This document shows positions 50,163 to 59,652 of a DNA stretch of 64,000 nt, in pieces. Source of the stretch: an uncultured virus (IMG/VR IMGVR_UViG_3300010299_003477) (lineage: Duplodnaviria > Heunggongvirae > Uroviricota > Caudoviricetes); IMG/VR virus record IMGVR_UViG_3300010299_003477. One strand, 5' to 3'. The translations under genes were made by a program, and so were the position numbers. Position 1 is the first letter of the stretch. Each line of letters starts with the position of its first letter. The notes under the pieces were generated by a model that saw nothing but the letters and a program-made list of their open reading frames with translations, searched no databases and was not told the origin of the DNA.

Positions 50163-51098
50163 TTAATAATTCGCATACCACGGTGATTCTATAATAGAAT
50201 AAGCTTTTATCAATTGTATAATACCATCATCCAAATCATATTTGCAGTCAAATCCTTTATTATAAATCTTCTGACTACTAACTTCATAATCACGAACATC
50301 TGGATCAGTATTTATTTCCGCTTTTATAATTTGTAAAGGTATGTGCTCTTGAATTTTTTTAGCTAGCTGTAGCTTATTCATATTTATTCCATCGTGACCC
50401 ACATTATATGTCTCATTTTTACAATTATCCCAATTATCAATTACAAATTTAAAAGATCTACATGCATCTTGTAAGTGCAAATAATTTCTCATAAATTCAC
50501 ATTCGTATAAAACTAATACGCCTTCTCTCAGTGCCTTAAGAACAAAATTATTTACCAATAGATCTGTTCTCATTCTAGAACCGGGTCCGAATACAGTTGC
50601 AAATCTAAAAGTGACATGATTTTCTATTTCTCGATAAGCCTTTTCTGCCTGAACTTTTGTTGTTCCATATAGAGAAACTGGATTAAGAGGAGATTCTTCT
50701 GTACACATGGAGCCATCTTTGGAGGTTCCATAACCAGAATTAGTGCAAGGATAAATCACCATTTGATCTTTTGATTTGTTATCGGCAATCCATTGATTTA
50801 CCTCATAATTTATTTCTCTTGCTCCTCGTTTGTCTTTTTCGCACAACGGGAAGCCGACTAAAGCTGCCAAGGGTATAATAACATCTGCTTGTGCCATATG
50901 CTTTCGTAAAAAATTTATATTTCTTACATCCCCTTTTTCAAAATTAAAATTTGAATCAACTGTATATCTTAACAGAGACGTAGCATCATACATAAGATTA
51001 TCTATACAAGTAACTTGATGACCGTCTCTTAGTAAATGTCCCGTCAATTCGCTACCGATATATCCAGCGCCACCTGTAATCAATATTTTTTTACTCAT
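50163..51098 (-). CDS. NAD-dependent epimerase/dehydratase (extended SDR)
   Basis: TGGAGYIG, YGTTK, RFATVFG. Confidence 0.92.
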   Translation of the reverse strand: MSKKILITGGAGYIGSELTGHLLRDGHQVTCIDNLMYDATSLLRYTVDSNFNFEKGDVRNINFLRKHMAQADVIIPLAALVGFPLCEKDKRGAREINYEVNQWIADNKSKDQMVIYPCTNSGYGTSKDGSMCTEESPLNPVSLYGTTKVQAEKAYREIENHVTFRFATVFGPGSRMRTDLLVNNFVLKALREGVLVLYECEFMRNYLHLQDACRSFKFVIDNWDNCKNETYNVGHDGINMNKLQLAKKIQEHIPLQIIKAEINTDPDVRDYEVSSQKIYNKGFDCKYDLDDGIIQLIKAYSIIESPWYANY

Positions 51099-51400
51099 TA
51101 AAACTCCAATCTTCCAATTAAAATGTCTTTAAACATAATCCAATCACACAATTTTGCTTTTATGGGGTGACTAAACGCGGCTGGTTTATTTTTTTCAAAA
51201 AAGTAATGCCCAGACCAAGCAAAAGGGTATACTACAAAAGGTGCTAAAAACAACAATAACCAAAGTTTAAGGTATACAACCATAGCAATAAATATTATTG
51301 TTGCAATCTGTCCTAGTATGTGTGTTCTTCTGGTCCATCTATTTTGATGTAAGGTTAGATAATATTCATAATATTCACTAAGACTCATATCTTTATTCAT
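51098..51400 (-). CDS. DUF962/Mpo1-like membrane protein
   Basis: YLTLHQN...HILG, AWSGHYFFEKNKPA. Confidence 0.8.
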   Translation of the reverse strand: MNKDMSLSEYYEYYLTLHQNRWTRRTHILGQIATIIFIAMVVYLKLWLLLFLAPFVVYPFAWSGHYFFEKNKPAAFSHPIKAKLCDWIMFKDILIGRLEF

Positions 51401-51818
51401 TCCAACTAATCTCCCAATCTTTGAATTCTGCTGCCAGACAATCGATTTTATAATCTTTCCTGCCACCTACAATTTCTTGAATTTTATTTTTAGCAGTATT
51501 TCGAATTCCATTTAATCCGTGCGTCAACTCTAGATTGTTGCCGTCTTTAATACCTTTACGGTAATTCGACTCGTTATGCCAAATGTGTAAATTCATTTGT
51601 GAAAGTACTACGATAGCTCTAATCGTTTTGGCATCAACTACCATATGTCCTTCTGAAGATTGTTTTTCTTCTAAAATCATCTGGATATCATACAAGATAT
51701 CTGAAATTTCTTGTGCGTATTCATCTTTATGCTCTGAAATAAAGACTTCTTTTAACTGTGCGATACTAAGTCTGTCAACTAGTTCCGACAGTGTTGGGAG
51801 ATATTTCCTATTTGTCAT
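51393..51818 (-). CDS. DUF4254-like helical protein
   Basis: ELVDRLSI..LK, N..IWH.E, N..RN..K..I. Confidence 0.6.
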   Translation of the reverse strand: MTNRKYLPTLSELVDRLSIAQLKEVFISEHKDEYAQEISDILYDIQMILEEKQSSEGHMVVDAKTIRAIVVLSQMNLHIWHNESNYRKGIKDGNNLELTHGLNGIRNTAKNKIQEIVGGRKDYKIDCLAAEFKDWEISWNE

Positions 51819-51849
51819 TTGGGTGTTCCTTTTTTAATAGAATAAACAT

Positions 51850-51878
51850 ATTATAGCGCATATTAAACTGCATTTCAA
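51850..51878 (-). promoter_or_regulatory. Sigma70-like promoter for the NDP-sugar operon
   Basis: TTGAAA-17nt-TATAAT in intergenic gap. Confidence 0.65.
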
Positions 51879-51907
51879 TATAATAATCATTATTCTTGTT
51901 ATCACAT

Positions 51908-53539
51908 TTATTTTGTATTTAAAAATTGTGAAAAATAGTTTTTATAAAGTTCATAGTTTTTTCCAAAAATATGACCATTTTTAAAAAATATCTGCGCTTC
52001 TTCTTTACGTTGCTCCAGATTATTTTGCGATTGCGATCTGCCGCCTTCCATATATAAACCAACAACTTGTTCAACTTTAGAGAATATGCAGTTCTCGTTA
52101 ACAGCACGAAGCCATAAATCCCAATCATCTGAAAAATCTAGATTTACTTCATCAAAAAAACCAACTTTTTCATGAAGTCTTTTCCTCCACATTGGCATTG
52201 GCCCCGGTAAACATTTTATCATATTTTCTTTTGAAAATGGTAAAATGGAATGTTCAGATAATTTTGTTGATTTGGTGTTTTCTACTGTTTCGTTTTTTTT
52301 GTCCGTAACTAAGCAATCCCCATACACCAACTCTATTTTATCACTGGATGTTAATCTATTATATAGAATTTCTATACCATCAATACTTTTTCTATCATCT
52401 ATCATAGCCCAAACAACAAAAGGGCAATTACTCTTCATGATTGCTATATTGTGTCCAATTGTGGGCTTAAAATTTTTACTATATTGATAATAATGTATAT
52501 TATTAAATTTTTTCATGTATTTTTTAACTATTTCTTTTTCTCTGCCGGGTGAAGCAGAATCAACTAGAATTAGTTCACACTGATCGAAAATTGTTTGTTT
52601 GGTTATGTTATCTAAATAATCTTCTATGTATTCTTCTGCTTTATGAAATGTTGTTATAATGCTAATCTTTTTATCAGTTTTTGTGATTCTAGGTTTATCT
52701 ATTTCCTCTAATACTAAATTTAATATATAATCTCTTCTATCGTTCATATAATCTATTAATTTTTCGCCTTTTAGCTTAAACCACGGTTCATGACTAGCAC
52801 CAACCATTTGATTTAAAATAACACCGACTCCCATCATTCTAGCTTCACACACAATTCTAGATAATGTTTCCGGTGATTTAGGGAAAAAAATCAATTTTTT
52901 GTTATTACTAAGTTTATGTAAAAAATTGATATAATTTGAGTCTTCTATTAAATCATATTCTAAATTATTTTTATTACAATAATCAATAGCACCTACTGTG
53001 TTTTTATGGGGTATTTGACTTTTCAAAATAGAAACTCTATCTTTTTTTTGGTTTTGAGATAAAGCTTTCAATTTAGTTAATACTTCCAAAGACCACAAAT
53101 TTCCATTTACGGATAAAACATTGTCTAACTCAAGATTTTTTGTGATTATATTTTTGTGATAATTTGTTTGGCAAAAGACTTTTTTAGCATTTTTGTAAAA
53201 GAAATAATTTCTAAAATTATCATTTGAAGCTTTGAAGTCTTTAAAAAATATTGGATTTCTTGTATTTAAATATTTATGATCATGTTCGTATATTATGTAT
53301 TCGCACTCATAGGTAATTTTTTCTCTAACATCATATGAAAGATTACAAAAATTAGATATTATATAAAAACAATCCAGATTGTTTTGAATTATTTTCTTAG
53401 TAACCAAATGAGATTGAAAACATTCAACTTTCCTACCACTATGTCTTAGAAGTTTAATTAATTCATGGTCGTTTAATTCGCCACCACCAACAATGTGGTT
53501 TACGAAAAAATCAGCTATATAAATTATTTTTCTATTCAT
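51908..53539 (-). CDS. Two-domain glycosyltransferase (GT-B-like N-terminus, GT2 C-terminus)
   Basis: GGGE, ETLSRIVCEARMMG; ISIIT, LILVD, IDD, DWDLWLR. Confidence 0.85.
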   Translation of the reverse strand: MNRKIIYIADFFVNHIVGGGELNDHELIKLLRHSGRKVECFQSHLVTKKIIQNNLDCFYIISNFCNLSYDVREKITYECEYIIYEHDHKYLNTRNPIFFKDFKASNDNFRNYFFYKNAKKVFCQTNYHKNIITKNLELDNVLSVNGNLWSLEVLTKLKALSQNQKKDRVSILKSQIPHKNTVGAIDYCNKNNLEYDLIEDSNYINFLHKLSNNKKLIFFPKSPETLSRIVCEARMMGVGVILNQMVGASHEPWFKLKGEKLIDYMNDRRDYILNLVLEEIDKPRITKTDKKISIITTFHKAEEYIEDYLDNITKQTIFDQCELILVDSASPGREKEIVKKYMKKFNNIHYYQYSKNFKPTIGHNIAIMKSNCPFVVWAMIDDRKSIDGIEILYNRLTSSDKIELVYGDCLVTDKKNETVENTKSTKLSEHSILPFSKENMIKCLPGPMPMWRKRLHEKVGFFDEVNLDFSDDWDLWLRAVNENCIFSKVEQVVGLYMEGGRSQSQNNLEQRKEEAQIFFKNGHIFGKNYELYKNYFSQFLNTK

Positions 53540-54794
53540 ATTCTTTTATAATATCCGATATTTCATTAAACCAATCATTGACATTTTCTTGATTATTATA
53601 AAATAAAATAATAAACCTCTCATACATCTTTTCGGCAGAGAAAGTCTCGTGTAGGCGCTTTACATTTTGCTCCAAAGCAATCATTTGTGTACCACGAGTC
53701 TCTTCGTTAGTCATTTGTTCATAACAAAGTCTCATTTGTTGCTTTGCAGACTGCTCACGCGGATAAGCCCACATAGAGTCTTTGATCAAAACATTCTCCC
53801 AAACAACCTCCTGCTGAATTGGCTGTAAGTCAAATGCGACGTTATAAAAATGTTGCTTACCTTGCTCATCAACCAAAAAATCTAACTGCCCTGACCAGCC
53901 TGTAGCGACCACAGGAAGCCCAGAATAGGCTGCTTCAAAGATTGGAAGACCAAAACCCTCACCATGAGGTAAAGCAAGGAAAGCATCTACAGAAGAATCT
54001 TTATAAAGCGCATGCATTTCTTTATCGGTCATATCGCCATGAAGAAGATAAACTTTGCATTTGTGTTCTGGAAGGTTTGCTAAAAACGATTTAAGATCTT
54101 TAAGAATCTTGTTTCTATCCATTAAGCTATTTTTAACAATGTTGGTCTTAAGAATTAAGCCAACGTCTTCGTTATCTGCGAATTCCTCAACAAACCACTT
54201 AAGAGTATTTGGAAGGTTTTTGCGAGGTCCAAACTGAGCAACAGATAGAAAATTAAAGCTGGTGGAAAGATTTAGATTTAAATCTGGAAGGTTTTCAAAA
54301 ACTTTAACTGGATAATTCACAGCCTCAACTGGAGTTTGAAGTCTGTACTGAAATTCTTGCTGACCGTTGGTTGCAATAGCCACAGTGTCTTCAAAGATAT
54401 TTTTAGAATGGTTAGAGACAACAATAATTTTATCTACAACCTCATTTCCTTTTTGAAGCCAGACGGGAGCCACTTTAGTTGTTTCAATTCCAGCCGTGTA
54501 GCCAATATTGATAGGAGCCAGTTTTTCCCATTCGTTTGGAATCGTAACTTGAACTGACATATCAAAAGTGCCACCGCTTTGAATATAAGCAATGGTCTTT
54601 TCAATCGTCATATCGATCCATACTCGCTCTTCATCCATGTCAGTCAGCCAAGACGTGGCACCCCATTGAAGAGGCTGAATGAAAACTTCAAATAAGTCCT
54701 CTCTTGAGCGAAGAGAGCGTAGCGCAAATCTTGCTTGCTCTCCATAGCCAGAACGAGTTAGTAGTGGTCCTTTTAGTAAAACCTTTTTTCTCAC
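53532..54794 (-). CDS. GT4 glycosyltransferase
   Basis: SGYG, RKN, GEGFGLPIFEAAYSGLPVVAT; GTG start behind GGAGG. Confidence 0.9.
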   Translation of the reverse strand: MRKKVLLKGPLLTRSGYGEQARFALRSLRSREDLFEVFIQPLQWGATSWLTDMDEERVWIDMTIEKTIAYIQSGGTFDMSVQVTIPNEWEKLAPINIGYTAGIETTKVAPVWLQKGNEVVDKIIVVSNHSKNIFEDTVAIATNGQQEFQYRLQTPVEAVNYPVKVFENLPDLNLNLSTSFNFLSVAQFGPRKNLPNTLKWFVEEFADNEDVGLILKTNIVKNSLMDRNKILKDLKSFLANLPEHKCKVYLLHGDMTDKEMHALYKDSSVDAFLALPHGEGFGLPIFEAAYSGLPVVATGWSGQLDFLVDEQGKQHFYNVAFDLQPIQQEVVWENVLIKDSMWAYPREQSAKQQMRLCYEQMTNEETRGTQMIALEQNVKRLHETFSAEKMYERFIILFYNNQENVNDWFNEISDIIKEYE

Positions 54795-56077
54795 GCTACC
54801 TCCAGTAAGTGCCAAGTTTGATAGTTCTTTCTATTTTCCCAAGAACCATGCTTCTCGATTATTTCATCCATTATCCGTACCCATTCGCTTTCATAGTTAT
54901 CAAAGTTGTAATTTTCACGAACATGCATCTGACCAGAAATAGACATTTTCTTATAAGCACGGTCGCTTGTATACATAGCTTCGCTTAAAGCATTGATAAA
55001 GTCTTGTTTGGCGATTCTATCCTCGTAAATATAAGGAACGCTTAAAGAACCAATAATAGACTTAGATGCAGGCTCTATGCCGATACCAAACCAATCTTTA
55101 CCATTTGTAACTTGCTCTTGCAATCCACCAGTCATGTTAACAATAATTGGAGTTCCACAAGACAGCGATTCAAGCGTAGATAACCCAAAGCCTTCTGCAT
55201 CTGAAATATTAATCGTAAAATCGGCTGCATTATAAATATTCGCAAGGTCTTCTGGTGCTACCTTATTTGTTGAAATAAGAACCTGACCATCATCAAGACC
55301 AAGATGCTCAATAATGTGTGGCAGATCTTGACCATGTGGGTCACGAGGATCAGTGTGCATTAGTAACATCGCTTTATCATGACCAACATAATCTAGAAAG
55401 CTTTTAAACCACCAGATAAGTGTACCGCTTTGTTTACGACGGGCATTTCTGTTATTCCAAAAGAAAATAGTTTTTTCTTTATTTTTGAACTTTCTACTTG
55501 ATTCAACAGTTAGTTTGGTTCTTGTATCTTTTACTTGTTGCTTTAGTTCATCAGTTTTATACTTATAAAAAACATTGGAATTTACAGCATGTGGAAGATA
55601 ACGCGAGCTTACATCTGGTGAAACTTCCTTAACAATGTCATGGGTCACTTTTGAGATGCAAACAACCTCATCGGTTGAGTTATAAAACTCAGCGTTGTAG
55701 TGAGGAGCAGGAAAGTTATCCCATACATGATAATAAACCATAGGAACACAAGCCCTAATCTCATTTTCAATTTCCCAAAGCCAAGTATAAAAACGAGGAT
55801 CAGTCATAAACCAAAGAACATCGGGGCGCTCTTTCTGCAGAATTGACCGAATAATCTCGTGATTACCATAACCATCAACTGGAAAGATTCGCCAATCATC
55901 ACCATAAGGTTCGACTTTCTGCGGCTGATAGCTCTGATGCTTCATAGCCCCGCCCAAGCAAACGAAAGAATATCGTCCAGTCTTGAGCAGGGCTTCAATC
56001 ATATATTTTGTTTGCGTACCAACACCAGACGGTGTTAGTGGATGGTCCGATAAGACCAAAATCTTTTTCTTTTGCAT
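54791..56077 (-). CDS. GT4 glycosyltransferase
   Basis: SGVG, RNARRK, AEGFGLSTLESLSCGTPII. Confidence 0.92.
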   Translation of the reverse strand: MQKKKILVLSDHPLTPSGVGTQTKYMIEALLKTGRYSFVCLGGAMKHQSYQPQKVEPYGDDWRIFPVDGYGNHEIIRSILQKERPDVLWFMTDPRFYTWLWEIENEIRACVPMVYYHVWDNFPAPHYNAEFYNSTDEVVCISKVTHDIVKEVSPDVSSRYLPHAVNSNVFYKYKTDELKQQVKDTRTKLTVESSRKFKNKEKTIFFWNNRNARRKQSGTLIWWFKSFLDYVGHDKAMLLMHTDPRDPHGQDLPHIIEHLGLDDGQVLISTNKVAPEDLANIYNAADFTINISDAEGFGLSTLESLSCGTPIIVNMTGGLQEQVTNGKDWFGIGIEPASKSIIGSLSVPYIYEDRIAKQDFINALSEAMYTSDRAYKKMSISGQMHVRENYNFDNYESEWVRIMDEIIEKHGSWENRKNYQTWHLLEVA

Positions 56078-56084
56078 TTATACC

Positions 56085-56843
56085 TCATGGGCACTGCTCC
56101 GAGTGCCGAAATACACATTTTTTACAAGACAAGCGATTTTTAATGTATCGCTGACTTTTAATATTATACAATGCCTTTTCTAAAAGTTTAAGGGCATTTT
56201 GAGTTTTTCTTGGACCACTAGTGACTCTAAAAAATTCAACTCGATCCTTCTTGGCAGTACGCTTAAGTAGTGCAAAGTGAGTTTCAATCTTTTTAGGGTC
56301 AATATTCATTTTAACAGAATAGAAATACTTGTATAGGGTTAGCTGATAAGTTGTGATAGCATCAGACCGCTTTTGAGCGTCCCAGCCCCATGAACAAGTC
56401 TTCCAATCAAAGATGTGGTACTTGCCGTCAGGTGTCTTGACAATAGCATCAATATATCCGTTGAACTGATAATCTTCGTGATTATCAATCGGCTCACCAA
56501 GCTCTTGCTCAATAGCAACAACCTCGTATTCACCGAAATAATCATCAAGCGCATCTTTAATCTCAGGGATAATCTGATTACCTTGAGTACGCATATCATT
56601 TACAAGGTCTTCTCTAATTTCAACATCAGATAGACTTTCAATGTTCTTAGAAAACTCTTGAATAAAATAAGACTCGTCAATATCCTCGTTTAGTAGAATT
56701 TTTTCACAAGCGCTGTGGATTGTAGTTCCAAAAGCCGTAAACTCATTACCAGTAAAGCCGTCGATCTTGTCAATACGAGTAAGCTTGTGGTAAAAAGCAC
56801 AAAAAACCCAATCCTTCAAGCTAGAATAAGAAATATGTGCCAT
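56085..56843 (-). CDS. PD-(D/E)XK exonuclease (RecB/Cas4-like)
   Basis: ISYS...C, GTTIH, GYID, DWKT, QLTLY, C..C......C. Confidence 0.9.
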   Translation of the reverse strand: MAHISYSSLKDWVFCAFYHKLTRIDKIDGFTGNEFTAFGTTIHSACEKILLNEDIDESYFIQEFSKNIESLSDVEIREDLVNDMRTQGNQIIPEIKDALDDYFGEYEVVAIEQELGEPIDNHEDYQFNGYIDAIVKTPDGKYHIFDWKTCSWGWDAQKRSDAITTYQLTLYKYFYSVKMNIDPKKIETHFALLKRTAKKDRVEFFRVTSGPRKTQNALKLLEKALYNIKSQRYIKNRLSCKKCVFRHSEQCP

Positions 56844-56863
56844 CTTTTCTCCTTTGTCATAAT

Positions 56864-56892
56864 AATATAACCTTTGGAGATCAGATCGTCAA
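56864..56892 (-). promoter_or_regulatory. Sigma70-like promoter
   Basis: TTGACG-17nt-TATATT followed by AAGGAG RBS. Confidence 0.7.
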
Positions 56893-57575
56893 GTTTGATC
56901 TTTCATTTTATTTATTTTATCTATCTTAGAGTATAGAATAGGGCAAGTCATTTTCAACCAAACGAGGTCTTCGTTTAAATAATAATAAGTAAATCCTGTT
57001 GCAAAATATTCTCTTAATGAAGTAGCAGCATAAGCACTAATAAAAATACCAAGAGCGACCATTGATAATTTATTATAGCCAACTTTGTTTAATAGGTAAT
57101 CATCAAACTCAGCATCATATTCTGGATCTAAAAAGAAACTTTTTGGTGTTTTGTAACCATGAGCCCAAAGCTCATCATAAAGACGAATTCTTTTTTGCAA
57201 GAACTCTTCTTCAAGTTGTTTGTCTCCGTATATTTCATATCCATAAGATTCTTCTAAAGAATGTGACATTTCATGAATTAAATCATCAATAAGATCTGCC
57301 TCATTATCTTGTTCATTTGAAATGTAAAGGCAACCATCACTATAGAATGCATTTATTTTTCTTTCTTCAAACTCTTTGAAGTGTCCGATTGCAACCATTT
57401 CAACTTCAGAAAATAAATGTGGCGGCAAAACACTTTCTAATTTTGAAATTACTACTTCGGGGTTAACTCCGTTTGAAACAGGATCTTTAACGTAAACGTG
57501 TAGACCGTTTGAAGTATAAAAATCGTTCACGCTATTCAGATTCCGCTGATAGGACTCTTTCAAGTAATTGAGCAT
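56889..57575 (-). CDS. Zincin-like metallopeptidase
   Basis: LIHEMSH and downstream YAATSLREYFA. Confidence 0.65.
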   Translation of the reverse strand: MLNYLKESYQRNLNSVNDFYTSNGLHVYVKDPVSNGVNPEVVISKLESVLPPHLFSEVEMVAIGHFKEFEERKINAFYSDGCLYISNEQDNEADLIDDLIHEMSHSLEESYGYEIYGDKQLEEEFLQKRIRLYDELWAHGYKTPKSFFLDPEYDAEFDDYLLNKVGYNKLSMVALGIFISAYAATSLREYFATGFTYYYLNEDLVWLKMTCPILYSKIDKINKMKDQT

Positions 57576-57810
57576 CTTCTAAACCCTCTTGGTATCCTCT
57601 TAAGAAATTTTCTTCGGCTACTGCATAAAGAAATTCTGGAAACTCAGAAGCAATAACCTCGACAATCATATTCACAGAAACTTCTTCAGAATTAAATTTC
57701 GTCCCAGCATACTCAACCAAATATTTTTTCAAATCAGAATCAGGCTGGACAACCAGCCCTAAATCTGGGTTTGTATGAACTTCTTCTTCTGTCAATACTT
57801 TCTCATTCAT
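57532..57810 (-). CDS. Hypothetical protein
   Basis: 92-aa ORF coupled to phoH stop. Confidence 0.7.
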   Translation of the reverse strand: MNEKVLTEEEVHTNPDLGLVVQPDSDLKKYLVEYAGTKFNSEEVSVNMIVEVIASEFPEFLYAVAEENFLRGYQEGLEDAQLLERVLSAESE

Positions 57811-59147
57811 TATAACACCTTTGACGCTAATGTAGCAAGGTCAGAACGCTCGCCTTTCTTAAAAGTAACGTGCCCAGCAATCTTATAATTCTTAAACGAT
57901 TCAACCGCATGAGCTAACCCATTTGATGTTTCGTTTACATAAGCATTGTCAATCTGTTCAACGTCACCAGTTAGAATGATTTTTGCATTCTCACCTATTC
58001 TTGTAATTATAGTCTTAATTTCGTGTTTTGTTAAGTTCTGTGCCTCATCAATTACGACAAAAGCATCTGATATACTTCTTCCGCGAATGTAAGTTAGTGC
58101 TTCAATTTCGATTTTGCCTTTATCAACATAAATCTGCATTGAAGTACCATCGCCCATAAGAAACTTTAAGTTATCTTGAATAGGCATAAGCCACGGAAGC
58201 ATCTTTTCTTCCATCGTACCGGGAAGGAAGCCGATATCTTTGCCAAGAGGCTGAACAGGTCTAGAAACAATAAGACGAGAATAATGATTACTGTTTCCTC
58301 TTAATCCTATTGTTTGTTGCAGCCCTGCTGCTATCGCACATAAAGTTTTACCTGAGCCTGCTCTACCAACAAGAGAAACCAACCTAACATCAGGATCCAT
58401 TAGCAAATCAATTGCAAAGGCTTGCTCTTTGTTTCTTGAGTTAATTTTCCAATCAGGTATCTTGTCATGATATATTTTTTTCAAAGGCGTCTGATGGTCC
58501 ACAAAGCGTGCTATGCATGTTTTCTTTGGGTTCGCGTTAGAGATCAACAAAAGATATTGGTTTGGGTACAGCTTTTGATTAATTTCTTCTTTGTTTATAA
58601 ATAAATGATTTCCATCGTAAAACTGTTCGATAAAAGCATCATCAACAAGAATCTCAGTAAAACCTTGGTAAAGCTCGTCTGAGGATTTTACAGCTTTTTC
58701 AGAATCATAATCTTCTGCAACGATACCTATAGAGTCACAGATAACTCGCATGTTAATGTCACGAGAAACTACAACTACTTTTCTTTTTGGATTTGTATTT
58801 TCAATTGCTTTGGCTGTTGCAATGATCTGATGATCTGGAACTGATAAGTTTAAATCAGATGGAAAGTTTGCATGCTCTAAAGCATCATAAGACATTACTT
58901 TTAATATGCCTTTGCCTTTATCGAGTCGGACGCCTTTCTGAAGACAACCCTTCGCTCTTAGTTCGTCTAAAAAGCGAATAATCTTTCTTGCGTTAACACC
59001 GACTGAATCTTGTCTTTTCTTGTGCTTGTCTATTTCTTCAAGCACTTTTAGAGGCAAAAATAAATCATGATTTTCAAATTTATAAATTGCTTCTGCGTCT
59101 GTTAGGCAAACGCTTGTATCTAATAAATAATTCTTCTTTACAGCCAT
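57810..59147 (-). CDS. phoH: PIN domain + PhoH ATPase
   Basis: LLDTS, VLEEID, D..I, SRDINMR; GRAGSGKT, GFLPG, RGRS, DEAQN, GDVEQID. Confidence 0.93.
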   Translation of the reverse strand: MAVKKNYLLDTSVCLTDAEAIYKFENHDLFLPLKVLEEIDKHKKRQDSVGVNARKIIRFLDELRAKGCLQKGVRLDKGKGILKVMSYDALEHANFPSDLNLSVPDHQIIATAKAIENTNPKRKVVVVSRDINMRVICDSIGIVAEDYDSEKAVKSSDELYQGFTEILVDDAFIEQFYDGNHLFINKEEINQKLYPNQYLLLISNANPKKTCIARFVDHQTPLKKIYHDKIPDWKINSRNKEQAFAIDLLMDPDVRLVSLVGRAGSGKTLCAIAAGLQQTIGLRGNSNHYSRLIVSRPVQPLGKDIGFLPGTMEEKMLPWLMPIQDNLKFLMGDGTSMQIYVDKGKIEIEALTYIRGRSISDAFVVIDEAQNLTKHEIKTIITRIGENAKIILTGDVEQIDNAYVNETSNGLAHAVESFKNYKIAGHVTFKKGERSDLATLASKVL

Positions 59148-59154
59148 AAAAAAC

Positions 59155-59197
59155 CCCTTATTGGCAAAAGATAAATAGTTCTCAACACTAATAAGGG
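59155..59197 (-). promoter_or_regulatory. Hairpin over the phoH RBS with ACTATTTA in its loop; may also terminate the tRNA transcript
   Basis: Inverted repeat CCCTTATT/AATAAGGG followed by GTTTTTT-ATG; motif at 59172-59179. Confidence 0.5.
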
Positions 59198-59207
59198 CAA
59201 TTAAAAG

Positions 59208-59280
59208 TCTGAGTGGTAGGACTTGAACCTACAACCCCCGCACCCCAAATGCGGTGCGCTACCAATTGCGCTACACCCAG
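59208..59280 (-). tRNA. tRNA-Pro(TGG), CCA not encoded
   Basis: Acceptor CTGGGTG/CACTCAG; anticodon arm CCGCA-TTTGGGG-TGCGG; GGTTCAAGTCC T-arm. Confidence 0.95.
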
Positions 59281-59291
59281 AAATAAGATAA

Positions 59292-59364
59292 TGGAGATAA
59301 AGAGATTCGAACTCTTGACCTTCTGCGTGCAAAGCAGATGCTCTCCCAACTGAGCTATACCCCC
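59292..59364 (-). tRNA. tRNA-Ala(TGC), CCA not encoded
   Basis: Acceptor GGGGGTA/TATCTCC with G3:U70; anticodon arm TCTGC-TTTGCAC-GCAGA; GTTCGAATC. Confidence 0.95.
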
Positions 59365-59371
59365 ATAATCC

Positions 59372-59566
59372 TTATCCGACTTTTTCAGTTAGATACTGAA
59401 CATCGGAAGCAACATCGCTTTTAAAGCGCTTGAGTTCGTTTCGAAGAATATTAACTTCATCATTTAAAGCGCTGATTCTACCAAGAGCGTGAACAAGTCT
59501 TTTATTCTGCTCTTGAAGTCTGCTCTCAAAATAATTTCTATCGAATACATCTACGGTATCGGGCAT
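59372..59566 (-). CDS. Small coiled-coil protein
   Basis: Start re-called to MPDTV behind AAGGAG RBS. Confidence 0.7.
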   Translation of the reverse strand: MPDTVDVFDRNYFESRLQEQNKRLVHALGRISALNDEVNILRNELKRFKSDVASDVQYLTEKVG

Positions 59567-59652
59567 CTTCACTCCTTTTTTAAAAATTGAAAACCAAATT
59601 TGCTTTATTCTTAATAACATTTTACACCATTCACGTCAAATGTAAAGTTATT

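Noticed and set aside
56085..56843. Cas4 of a CRISPR-Cas system
   Set aside because: No other cas genes or array; stand-alone PD-(D/E)XK nucleases are common in phages
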